DNA of 62,980 nt, counting the filler, from Catajapyx aquilonaris (Eukaryota), in NCBI GenBank assembly GCA_000934665.2. It is 2 parts of 2 records of this genome, joined end to end, with 100 filler letters (N's around TTAATTAATTAA, not from the genome) between each part and the next. Parts side by side here need not be neighbours in the genome. Positions count along the whole stretch, not along the records: positions 1 to 31,463 come from JYFJ02004529.1; positions 31,564 to 62,980 come from KZ539163.1. One strand, 5' to 3'. Below the pieces are notes generated by a model that worked only from the letters and a program-made list of their open reading frames with translations, was not told the DNA's origin and did not search any database. Within the stretch, counting starts at the first letter, position 1, and every line of letters begins with the position of its first letter. Below, one piece after another: positions 10,099-33,557 of this stretch. The position numbers and the translations under genes were made by a program.

Positions 10099-13000
10099 AT
10101 GTTAGCAGCTCGTCGCCTGTTCACGGCTGCCCTGGGCAAGAAGAAGTGGAGGCCGACCCAATGTTGTGTGCGACACAAGACTGAAAGCAGGAAGGAAATG
10201 ATGGCGTCGATGCCAGTCAGAGACGAAGGGACGTCCGGAGAAAGAGGCGCCGACGTCGATCTCCTAGGAGGAAAAGGGTAAGCATAAAAAATACCACACC
10301 CCACCGAAAAAATTACCCCCTCCAAAAAGTCAAAATCTGGCCCCTAAAAACCCCATCAAAAAATAGAAAAGTGGCCTCGAGGCCGCCCTGGGGGGCTGCC
10401 CCGGGGCGAACACCTTGCTGGTGGGGGCAATCATCAGTAAAATCGAACACAATTTTCTCCTCCGAATTTTGAACACTTTCAGTCCCAGTTTTAAGCCCCA
10501 ATTTGCACCCGGATCTGGTCATAAAAATGGGCATAATGTCCAATCTGAAAGTTAATCAAATATAGCGTAATTTAAGTGTGAAAATCGTGTTTTGATGTTC
10601 TAGAAAATTCCTGATTAAAAAAAAGAACGTGTGTCCAAAGATGGCGGCCAAGCGAGCGTTTGGAAGGCTTCCCATTCGAACGATCCAAAATGGCTGAAGG
10701 GGGAATCTGGAGCCTTGTTTTGCCGGCACAGGAGGACGTCTGTGGCCCGCCAGAATAGTTCGCGTTTCCCCCCGCAAGTGCCACGCCCTTGTCGTAGTAA
10801 GGGATGGAAAAATATGGGGAGAAAAAATTTGGCAAAAATTTTGTTTGGACTATTGGAGGTACTTGTACATTGCATTTTAACCATTTTAAATGCCTTTTGA
10901 AGGGGTTTGGAGGACATAGAAATTTTTGTGAAGAGTTGGTAACGTTGGTGGGCATGACGGGAAAGGTGACGGACGTTGGAATAGTGAGGCTGTGCGTTAA
11001 CTGACTGCTATCCATTCTTTTGAATGTAAAATGACTTGTAAAATCGTTTGCAAAATATATTTAAGTATAATATTATTGCTGATTAACTGTGTAGAGAGGA
11101 CTTTGCCATTTTTGAGCTCTGTAATTACAAACGTGTTACGGAAGTTGAAATGTCGGCCAGTAACAATATGCCAAATTTTTCTTTGCAGTACCGTACGTTA
11201 AGTACCTGCAAAAAGTAATGTCACGCTGTTTTGCGATGGCGTCCGCACATGTTGTTTATCATGTGCGATGCATTTACGGGTGGAATCCACAACCCATGCT
11301 AAACAACAAGCGCGGACGCCGTCACATAACAGTGTGACGTTACTTTTGCGGTTAATAGTACATAATATGGCGCAGGGAATCGCAGTATTTAATCATGAAA
11401 TCGGCTGATTGCAGTCGATATAAGTGCAGAATATATGGCAGTTATGTCCCCCCCTAATAATGACCCAAAGGTCAGAGAATGGGGTATGTAATAAATAAAT
11501 TATAAGTGCAGAAATTTCTTCAGTATTCCTGGCAAGTAAGATGTCGTAATTTGTATGGTGTACAAAAATAATTGGAGGTTTGTATAAAAAAATTAGAATT
11601 AATTAAATAGTACAGGGTGTAGTTTTTTGCACTACTAGCGATTGAAATAGGTCCGACTTGGACTAGACATTTCGCATTTTTTGTGTGTAAGTGACTCACC
11701 AATGTAGGATTACATGGCATAATATTGTAAATTAACAAATTAGCTATGTCATCAGTAGTTGTTTTTAATGCTGATTTATGTAGTTTATGTAATGCGACAG
11801 CTTCATGATTAAGAATAGTAATAAATTATGCCCATTACTGATGGATTGCAGTTAAGAGAACAGAACAAAGTTAACTGAACTTGTGGGCAGTACACGTCAT
11901 TTCTGCCGTGGTGGATGTGAGCTGAATTATGAAACACAGCATTAGGCAGCGAATTTTAAGTTATTGTCGAATATTGCGTTATAGTTTATGCTTATCTTGA
12001 CTGGCGTCAACCATTTGCCTGCGCTGTTGTTGTATATGTATTCAGAGATTGTAGTAATAAGAGCAGGGTAGCTAACCTGCAAGTATGTACGGTATGAATA
12101 GTTGTTGGTTAATTAATAATAATCGTAACAATAACATTGATTGTGGGGAGTAGTTGATTAATGGGAAATATTGATCCATTGATGAATTCTGGTAGTTCGA
12201 GATTGAATCACTGCCCAACATGCTATGAGCATGTCTAAAGCATCGATGATTGTTACGCAACTGTTCAAAGTGTCATCATTTGGTATTTTTCATTGACATG
12301 TTGGAATACATTCTTCGGCTTGATGGTATAGCAACTAGGAAGTGGGAATTAACTCTTCCCAGCTATTCATTATGGGTAGTGTGTTGCAAGGTCATTCGGG
12401 TCATTAGTGGGGTGCAGGAGGGGGGAACTGACTGCATATTGCAGTGCAGAGTTGTAGAGCAGCAGGCTTTCTTAGAGATTATGATGCACAACTGGTATTT
12501 CAAAAGTGCATATTTTTTAAGCATAAAAAGGAACCAGTGATGGTGATAAACCTATTTGTGAAGTAAGTTGCCATTTTATGCCATAAGTTTGCTATTGGAA
12601 ACTGACTGTTCAGTGCTTTATTGGCAGATTGGCACTGTTCAGGGAGCCATATTGCCACAGGCGGTATGGGTTACGGTATATTCATGTTGCAGTTAGGTTA
12701 TCTGAAATTAGCGTACTTTGTGTAACGAGCTGCGGTGGGGCTCACAATGGAAGAATGCATTGTTTTTGGTATGTTGCGATAGTGTGTTGCATTTGGAAAA
12801 TTTAGGCAGTTATGGGGTATTCAAATCTCGTTAGGTTTTTGAGTAGTTCTCTACATTACCCAGAGGACCTGCAGTGACTGTCTGCGCCAAGGAAATCTTT
12901 GTAACAATGCTTAACCAAAAGATATGTAGTGAGGGATAATTTAATTGCACAAGTTTGCTCCTACATTGGAATTGTACTTGAGCGTGTTGCTTTTGTCTGC

Positions 13001-13875
13001 ATTACAGGAAGGACTACTTTTTCCCAGATGAGAACACTCCGAACCTCATGTTTGACGGAACGAGGTTTGCCGACCTTCCAATATGCCACGTGCAGGTGTC
13101 CAAGAACAACACGATCATGACCCTGTCAGATTCTGCAGGTGAGTTTCATGCGAAATTTGAGTCTATAAAGAAGCAGCCTTGCAATGTGCGTGCCTTTTCT
13201 GATGTAATTGGTTGGGGAAGAAACCTACAAATTGGCTTTCCTTTGCTTGCAGGGAAGATTATGTTTACGCGGTCATGTGGGATGGAGGGATTTAAACACA
13301 CCAGGAAAGGCACCAACATTGCAGCTCAGGCCACTGCGGTTTCCGTGTCAACAGTAAGTCAACTTTTAGTGGGAGCAACGTATCTCGGGTACGGTAGTCA
13401 AAAAGAAAATGTGGTTCGTGGGATACAAAAATCATGAAATCATTGTTGTGGCGGCGAAATTCGCAATTGCTTCAGATATTGCATTGGCAAGAAAGAAAAC
13501 ATTACTTTTTGTGGATACACTTGGCAAATGCTAGTTAATATCTGAGAAACACCTCTGTGACGAAATGGCCAGCCATGAATCTCATTAGCGTGTGCTTTAA
13601 TTTTCAGAGGGCTCTAGATCGTGGTGTGAAGACCATCCGGGTTAAAGTCGGTGGCCTGGGACCTGGACGAATGGTAAGCATCATAATTAGCTCGTGTTGT
13701 TCATTCCAGACGTTGAAAGTGGTTCCATAAATTTATGTGAATGTGGTTTTTTTTGTCTCATTCTCAGGCAGCCATTAAAGGCCTCCAGATGGGTGGCATG
13801 AACGTTGTATCTGTAACAGACAGCACGCCAATTTCGTGGAATCCTCCTCGAGCCAGGAAAGTGAGAAGAATATGA
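10099..13875 (+). CDS. mRpS11: 28S mitochondrial ribosomal protein S11 (~194 aa); exons 10099-10277, 13008-13138, 13253-13353, 13608-13673, 13768-13875
   Basis: Arg-rich N-terminal presequence, [69 protein letters not shown]; all introns GT-AG with matching phases; 585 nt in total. Confidence 0.95.
11206..11352. repeat. Small inverted-repeat element in mRpS11 intron 1
   Basis: GCAAAAAGTAATGTCACGCTGTT..GGCGTCCGC vs GCGGACGCC..AACAGTGTGACGTTACTTTTGC. Confidence 0.65.
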
Positions 13876-15382
13876 TCGCACGGCCATTCTTTGCTGCGGA
13901 AAACAGAAAGGTGAGGGTTTTGGTCAATGTGAACACGTTAAAAGATTGAGTAGATATGCATGGATGTGCTTATTTTTGTGGGAGCGGAGAAGCAGTACCA
14001 TGGACAGGTAAGTCCTGAGCAGCTGTGTGTAGTGTGGAATGAAAGTAACCATATCGATGCTTCCCATCGGGTCAAAAAAAAGTCAGATTTTGTCCATTAA
14101 CCTCAGTACAATTTGCACCAAATGTGTACCAGCCGAATTTTAAATTTCAACCCAGGTGTGCCGGATCTGCTAGTAAAAATTAAGGTTTAGGTGGAATTTA
14201 GCCTGGGATATAAAATGTGAGAAATATCCTCGTGAGATGATTACAAAAATGCCCAATAGTGATCAGATTTTGACCTGTGTTTTTGGAAGCATATTGCTGT
14301 GCATGAGGCATGTAGGCAGGTGCAAAGATGTAGCCAGGGAGCGATGTAGCTCAAAATATTGTGGGCTGTTCCCTACCCAAATTTAAATCTTGGCTATGTC
14401 TTTGGACAAGTGGTACCTGGCTTCTGCGACAGATTTAGACAACTGGGAAGCCGCAGGTCCTTCCTGGTGAAATATAGGGCTTGTTGCAGTGGGTAAATTC
14501 GCCTATGGCCAACACTATCCAGCGTAGGCACCAGTTTGGCATATGTAGGTCCAAATTGGTGCAGGTCTGCCTTGATGGGAGGGAAGCATGTGAAAGTGGG
14601 CCTGGTGGAGTCTCCAGGCCCACTTTTATGTGCTTCCCTAGTGGGGTGGTGATATGGGGCTGACCTGGAGGCTCCCCCCTCAAGGCCATTGAATATCCAT
14701 GATGGGTATTTCTTGTGCTGTGTGATCTTATCAGGGGTCTTTCCCCACATAATGGAATCATATGATTCCTTGAAAACACCTGTAGTTTGCAGGTGTTGTT
14801 CAGTAGTGGAGGTGCCTTTTTATTTTTCTTGAACTAAGAATGCGTGTGCTGATTGGTTCAGCTCAATAAGTAAAGGACACCACACAGTAGTTATGCTACA
14901 TTTTAGTGAAGAGAAGGAATTCTTGGTTTATATCAGTGTGGCTGTGTCTGACAAGAGTTGTTGGTGGAATGCTCCGGTGCACTGTGGAAGGCTGAATGTC
15001 ACATCAGGGTTTTTTCCTAATCATGTCCGGTGTTGTTGGAGCACCACTAGGAAGAATGGAAGAGCCATGTGATCATGCTTAACAATTCTTTCATGCGGAG
15101 GCATCTGACACCATTCCTGGTTGTAATTATGACAATTGACAATAATTGTTGTGAATACTGTATGGTGACAGGATGAATTATTTGTCCATACAGTATTATT
15201 GGAACTGACATGAGGGTCATATTTTAGTATCTCAAGGAAAGGGATGTGGTTCCAATACAAAAGCTGCCCGGTACTTGTGAAAAGCATTCATTGCATGTGT
15301 TGGGAATTTTGCTCTGTAATTGTTTTTACACAAATGCATTAAGAGAATGAGAACTGCACCTTCCCCCCCCCTTTCAAAAGTA

Positions 15383-15540
15383 CAGTTGACTTCGGGTATA
15401 ATAGCCTCTGTGCTGTAATATGTTCTTGGTTATAGCATACTTCAAAGACTGGTCCCACCGTACTCATGTGGCCTGTGTGTTTGGCTATAGCAGACTGATT
15501 TCCGCTGTTGTGTGAAGTCCGTTATATTCGGAGTCTACTG
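15383..15540. mobile_element. Tigger/pogo-type MITE
   Basis: TA|CAGTTGACTTCGG...CGGAGTCTACTG|TA; same family at 57404-57642. Confidence 0.7.
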
Positions 15541-17039
15541 TATTTGATTTCCATAAGATCATTTTCCTTGCGAAGCATGTGGAGGAGGTTTACCCCCATT
15601 ATTGCAAAATAATGTTCTGCACCTCATGATGTAAGACATGAAAGCAACATGTGCGTTAATGTTCTGCCTTGCTGACAAAGCAAGTGAGGAACATGCCTGC
15701 AGTGATTGTAGTGTGTAACAATACATTGAATGTGCACACCCAAGTGGCTGCTGTATGCAATACATGCATTTGATGTGGTACAAGCAGGTTCAACACAAAG
15801 TGGAACCATTATTAGTGTCCTGCACTGCAAAAATTACAATAGGCACATTAGATATCCTCAATGGTTGTGCATCATTTTGCTTGATTAGAAACGATGATTT
15901 GTATGATTGGCTGCCATTTATTTTTTTATGCAGAGTGCTCCTGTGCACGTCTTCAGATACATTCCATTGCTTGCTTGTTCAACACCAGTACTTCCACTTG
16001 TCACACCAACTCTTCATCAGAGCAAAGAAATGTTCCTGGTCACTTGTTTGCGGCACAGAGCTCTTGTAATACTGCTGATTTTGATAAGTGAGGGTGGAAT
16101 TTGCTTTGGATATTGAATTATTGATGGATTTTGGGCAGACATCATTCTGACAATCATCTTAAGATATTACTGAAGTGCATGTGTGCACATTTGTTGCTTG
16201 TGAGCATTGAAACTGCCCCGTGTAAGAAATGAACCCTTTGCCACCCTTCATATCAGCAGTTCTGGTGCTTTGGGCTTGTATCAACAGTTGAAGAATCAAG
16301 GGGTTTCAACCTGTTCAAGGAGTTTGAACCTGTTCAAGGGTTTGAGCCATTGAAAGCCTTGAGGCCAAGCCTCAACATCTCAAGCTTCATTGAACTCAAG
16401 TGGTTGAAAGCCTTTGACGTTTGACTACATTGAGCCTTACACACCATGTAGCAATGGCCATATATGACCCTTCCATATAATTGACACTGTGGTTTACGAG
16501 TTATTTTTCGGGAATTGCCTCCAGAACACACGTGATCGATGTTGAAGCATTCCACATCCAACAAATGATCAGAACAGCCATACTGATCCGACATTTGACC
16601 AATGATTGCAATGGACATGTGCATCTTTATTCATTTCAGTTCCTGGCGCAGGTGCAGCCGCCGTAGACCACAAGTCAACCGTGCAACCCCAGTCAGCGGT
16701 GAGGCGTAGTACTGACACTGTGTTAAACATTTTTATACGATTGCCACTGTGTGGCGGAAATGTCGATGTGCCAAACGCATCTTTGTGGTCCTCCACGTTG
16801 ATCTCAATGAAGTTGTGTGGACTGAATGCAGTTGTTTCTGTCAAATTTCCTGCATACAAATCCAATCTCAGAGCAGCATTCCTAAGGAAGGCGTAGCGAT
16901 GGTGCAACACTGGATATGAATCCTGAGACTCACAGAACATTTCAACGATACATCCAGCGGAACTTTACAGACATCTTGAATGGTCTGGATGATGTGCAGA
17001 GTTGCACGTTTCTACTGATGTGTCAGTATCGCACATACA

Positions 17040-17830
17040 CAGTTTTGCACCATCAGCTGCCCAAAGAAGCCTCCTTCAGAGTTCTACATGTGTGCCAGTG
17101 GTTGTTGCAATGAGCCAGTACGTTGCTCATACTCTTAATGAACACACTGTGTGTTACATGTATCCTTTACCAGTATGGCATGTGCAGTTTTGCACTATTG
17201 GCTGCCTAACGTCTGCTCCTTCAGAGGTCTACAAGTTTGCCAGCAGCGGTCGTTGCAGTGAGCCAGTACGCTGCTCATAATCTTAATGACCACACTTACC
17301 AGTGCGTTACATATTGGCTGCCTAAAGAAGCGTCAGCTCCTTCAGAATTCAACGCGTTTGCCAGCAATAGTCGTTGCAACGAGCCAGTACGTTGCTCGTA
17401 CTCGTAATGAACACACCTTACAGTGCGTTACATATCGGCAGCCTAAAGTAGCTTCTGCTCCTTCGGAATTCAACGCGTTTGCCAGCAATGGTCGTTGCAA
17501 CGAGCCAGTACGTTGCTCGTACTCATCATGAACACACCTTACAGTGCGTTACATATCAGGCAGCCTAAAGAAGCATGTTCTCCTTCAGAATTCAACGCGT
17601 TCGCCAGCAATGGTCGTTGCAACGAGCCAGTACGTCTCTTGTACTCTTAATGAACACAGTGTGTTCCATGCCCAGTACGTTGCTCACACTGTTAATGAAC
17701 ACACCTGACAGTGCGTTACATCCTATCCCAGTATGTACAGTATGTACAGTTTCGCACCATCGGCTGCCTAAAGATGCATCTCCGCTCCTTCAGCAACGTA
17801 CAGACTGTATGGCTATCGCAACGAGCCTTT
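17040..17830 (+). repeat. Tandem repeat, ~121-bp unit, about 6 diverging copies
   Basis: Unit anchors AGTGCGTTAC at 17301, 17422 and 17543; GAGCCAGTACG recurs about 6 times. Confidence 0.9.
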
Positions 17831-17840
17831 ACCAGTACAA

Positions 17841-17980
17841 CGTTCCTCGTACCGTACAACAGCCTAGTCACATTCATTGCTTCTCGGTGAAGCTTTTCTT
17901 GACAAGCCGTTCCTCGTACCGTACAACAGCCTAGTTACATTCATGGCTTCTCGGTGAAGCTTTTCTTGACAAGCCGTTCT
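17841..17980 (+). repeat. 67-bp direct duplication
   Basis: CGTTCCTCGTACCGTACAACAGCCTAG... at 17841 and 17908. Confidence 0.9.
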
Positions 17981-18439
17981 CCGTACCTGCCTGAACGCAA
18001 TGCTGTACGTTATCCAAATGCTGGCCTCGTCCGTACTGTTGTACGTTATCCAAAGGGCTTGATGGATACCAGTACCTTTCCAAATATGTCAAGCCCAATA
18101 TTCCTCCAACACAAGTCCACCATTTTGTGAGCTGGGAAGTGTTCTTTTTTTCCATCGTGTGTAAATTCGCCTGGGTTGGCAGCCCTGCGCAGAAAACGGA
18201 CGAGTCCATTTCATTTTCCACGGGGGGAAAGTAGGGAGTTGGCCTCTTCTCGAATACGGTAGTCTTTACTATGTACTTAAATAAAACCCCCCCGTCTCTT
18301 CATAATTTTTATATATATAAAAATATATATAAAAATCAAACAAACTGGGTGATATTACCGGGGAATGTACAGTGTGCAGATATTTCATTTAGCAATTTTT
18401 TTAAAGTAGGTTCGCGAAATACGGTTTTTCGAACCTCGC

Positions 18440-19214
18440 ACCGTTGGGCGCAATGCATGCCGGGTAGGGTGGGTGGGGCGGGTGGAAAACGTCTGACGTC
18501 ACCAGTGGCTATCCGGCAATAAGCAGCTTACAATAAGCTGCCTAACAAACCCACCACTGTTGACCCATCCCCAACCATCGTTACTGGCCTGCAACCATCA
18601 GAAATTGACCGCACATTATATTAAACACAATTACCGATGCAACCAGGGTGCGTACCGAGCAATTACATGTATTAGAACAATTGCTGAATGGTAGCTGCTT
18701 ATTGTTGCGGATGAGCTGCTATGGGGGATTCGGCCCGTGCGAATCGAAAGCAAGATGGCGGATCGAACAGGAGCCGGATCGTTCTGTGCGGGAAAAGAAC
18801 GGCTTTAAAACCCCGGGTAGTCAGGCCCTACCCTATCGAAGGGTACACGGATAGGAACCCCTGAACTTCCTACGGGATATACACCCTTGGAATAACCCGC
18901 CAGTTTGAAACCGGGGAAGTGGGGGGACCTAGAGTCGCCCCCCCCGTTCTTGCGTAGTTATGGAACCTTAAGATGGCGGACGATTGTTAGGTGGACTTTT
19001 AAATATTTATTTTAAAAGCCCTTTTCCAGTTTAAGTTTAATATCGGGCTTATTGGGCGCGTGGATTGGATTATTGAAAGTTAGGAGGAAATAGTGGTGGG
19101 TGGATTTGGTGGACTTTTGAAAAGTTGGGGGGTGATAACAGTGGGTGGTGACATACCAGCAGATTTAACAAACAAGAGGAGGACCATTGTTGGCCTGTGG
19201 ACCACAGGTTGACA
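18440..19214 (+). promoter_or_regulatory. Probable Chd1 promoter/5' UTR
   Basis: GC box GGGGCGGG, CRE at 18494, YY1/Pho-type AAGATGGCGG at ~18752 and ~18970, CpG-rich. Confidence 0.5.
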
Positions 19215-30909
<11,695 letters not shown>

Positions 30910-31151
30910 TTCGTCATTGTTAAATATTTGTGGAAAACATTATTTGTGGTGTAATTTATTTTCAATCCAATTTGTGCAGACTGGATGTGTAATGTTTATT
31001 ATTTTTTAATTTGTAATGTTTTTGTTGGTGAGTTTTTGACATGCAAAGGTTGGCAATTTTTTTTTTTTTAATTTTTTTTTTCCGAATGGGGAGGGTTGTT
31101 GCATGGCTGCTCCAGTTATTTTTCTATGATGGTTTATTTGTAAATATGTGT

Positions 31152-31158
31152 AAATAAA
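31152..31158 (+). terminator. Likely Chd1 polyadenylation signal
   Basis: AATAAA ~245 nt after the stop, in a U-rich 3' UTR. Confidence 0.5.
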
Positions 31159-31463
31159 AGTATAGGACCAAGTCCTAAGTCACGTCCGTTGTCCGTTTTT
31201 TTTTATAACTTGCGGATTGTACGTAGCTGCGATTTTCCAATTATCCCCCCCGGGTGTTTTCCTTTTCGACTAATTCTGCTCCATGCGTGAAGGCCATTGT
31301 TTTTTTTAAATCCGCCTCGTCTTCCCTCCCTGCTGCATGTAGAGCACGCGAGGGAAGTAGAGTGTTCAGTATTTCACGCAGCGTGAAGCAAAGGGAATGA
31401 AAACCCCCACTGCGAACCACTTCTCCACCGATACTGAGCCATTGCTGCGTTTTCATAGACAAT

Positions 31464-31563
31464 NNNNNNNNNNNNNNNNNNNNNNNNNNNNNNNNNNNNN
31501 NNNNNNNTTAATTAATTAANNNNNNNNNNNNNNNNNNNNNNNNNNNNNNNNNNNNNNNNNNNN
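31464..31563. other. Artificial contig/scaffold linker
   Basis: Exactly 44 N + TTAATTAATTAA (stops in all six frames) + 44 N = 100 nt. Confidence 0.95.
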
Positions 31564-31768
31564 AATTGCGCCTGCGCACAAAAACTTGCCGTCGGTAATG
31601 GGCCCATATTAAATCGAGTTTAAAACGCAGATTCGAATGGAATGCATAGGATTGAACAGCGTTTACTGCTGCATCGGTCGCGTATGTTTCCCTGATTTGA
31701 GCCCTTCTTATTAACATTCCAATTCTAGACTCTCATTTGATTAGCAAGTCGCTTCATTTCCACCTTAA

Positions 31769-32619
31769 CCCTAATAAGACGGGCAGTTTTTTCGCTTTTT
31801 TGCAAGAATCTACAAAAAAATCGCTTGCGTTGTCATTTGAGGGACAACACGTAACTAATCAAGTGAGTAACATCATGTAGTGTCTAGGCTTGATCGTCAG
31901 ACCATTTATGGGACCCTCTTGGCATACCATGTGGAGATTTAAATTCTTATGCGTCTCAACAGATGCCGCAGGGGTGCGTTTCGAGCCTACGTATTTTTTT
32001 CTCCAATTTTTTGTCACTCCTGGGCTGACAAGAAGTGTATGAATGTGTCGCGCTGGCGCTACTGAACAGACCAGTATGCATGAATAATACGTCACAGGAC
32101 AGGAATGCCAACTAGACGGACAAATATACAACCCCCACCCGAGTGTAAACCTCATTTGCTCACAGCTGTTCAAAAGCCCCGCGGGGCATGCGGCCCTCCA
32201 TCCAGACGGTGGCCAGCCGGGAGTTGCGCAGATGGCAGCCAGCCGCTAATTGGCATTTACGAACATTATTTATTTATTTTAAAGCTATTGAATTATCTTT
32301 TGCACTAATTTTAGGGTGGAATCTCTTGAGGAGGTTTGGGGGCAACTATGTATGCCAAAAAATTTGCCGGTCAAGGTCAGATTTTTTTTTTTAAAGTTTT
32401 TTTTTCATCGGCCGCAAAAAGATGCTTTCATTCAAGTTAATATGGTTAATCCGGTTGATTTATGTACGATTTTGTAGTCCAAACCTCGCCATTTTTTACG
32501 CGAGAAAAAATTAAACAAGCCACACAGAAACCACGTTACATAGTGGGAAAACGCTAGTTTCGCCAGCAGAATTTTTTAAAGCCAGCGTAGCAGCATATGA
32601 TACGCCCGTCTTATTAGGG
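31769..32619. mobile_element. piggyBac-type non-autonomous element
   Basis: TTAA|CCCTAATAAGACGGGC ... GCCCGTCTTATTAGGG|TAAA. Confidence 0.8.
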
Positions 32620-32733
32620 TAAATTAATGAGGAATCTTCACTAAAATAATAATAGCAAAAGGAAATGATAGGAATGAGTAGGACCATATTTTGCATGTTT
32701 TTCTCAGAAGTTGGTTCATGGGACTGAAATCTA

Positions 32734-33270
32734 CGAGGGGTGTTCGGAAAGTCTCGGAAGTTTATTTCCCCCCACAAATACACGGCCCTTGCAGATGGGC
32801 AGATAGGCACATGTTATCCACAGAATCCTCCTAAAGCTGAATGCACTGGCATCACAGGTGTGGCATCCTCTCCAGGCCCTCCTGGAACCACCTTTTGGAG
32901 GTGAGGCGCACCTACTCCCGAACAACAGCTCACAGTCAACAATGTCCTGAAAATGGCGTCGGTGAAGGATTTTTCCCTGGATCTGGATTTAGGTGCTTCC
33001 ACACCTGCCGAAATCCCCCAGCTTGGCCCCCAGTGACTTTCAACTGTTCGGATCCATGAAATAACCCCTTCACCAACGCCATTTCAAGGACATTGTTGAA
33101 CATGAAGCAGTTGTCCAGGAGTGGGTGCGCCGTACCTCCAAAAAGTGGTTCCTGGAAGGCCTGGAGAGGTTGCCACATCCCTGGCATCAGTGAAGTTGGC
33201 CCCGGGAGGGTTCTATTGATAATGTGTGCCTATCTGTCAACCTGTGTAAAGACATTCCGAACACCCCTCA
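32734..33270. mobile_element. mariner-type foldback MITE
   Basis: TA|CGAGGGGTGTTCGGAA ... TTCCGAACACCCCTCA|TA; long internal arms. Confidence 0.8.
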
Positions 33271-33557
33271 TATTTCGAAACAACTTATTCAATTGAACCC
33301 GTGGTGGGGGAAATGAATTCCTCGCAAGGCCCAGAAGAGGGTTGTAAATGTCTGTCGTGTAAAGTTGAATGAGGAAATGAATCTAGATGGGCAGGTCTGA
33401 GTTGGAAATTTTCTACATAAGTCTGGATCTACATAGGACGAGGTTACATAAGTCAAGGGTTCCCTGCACATCACTCATGCTTTGATACCTTTTCAATGAA
33501 CAAAAGAGTAAAGTTTTAAACAAATCCTGGGTAACAGACACTTGCAGAAATACTTAC

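Noticed and set aside
16569..16940. 123-aa minus-strand ORF
   Set aside because: No recognisable domain, and the local splice signals favour the plus strand.
17040..17830. CRISPR-like array
   Set aside because: Units are full tandem repeats without unique spacers, there are no cas genes, and the context is eukaryotic.
31564..33557. ATP7 truncated pseudogene
   Set aside because: All visible exons are intact and the truncation coincides with the artificial linker.
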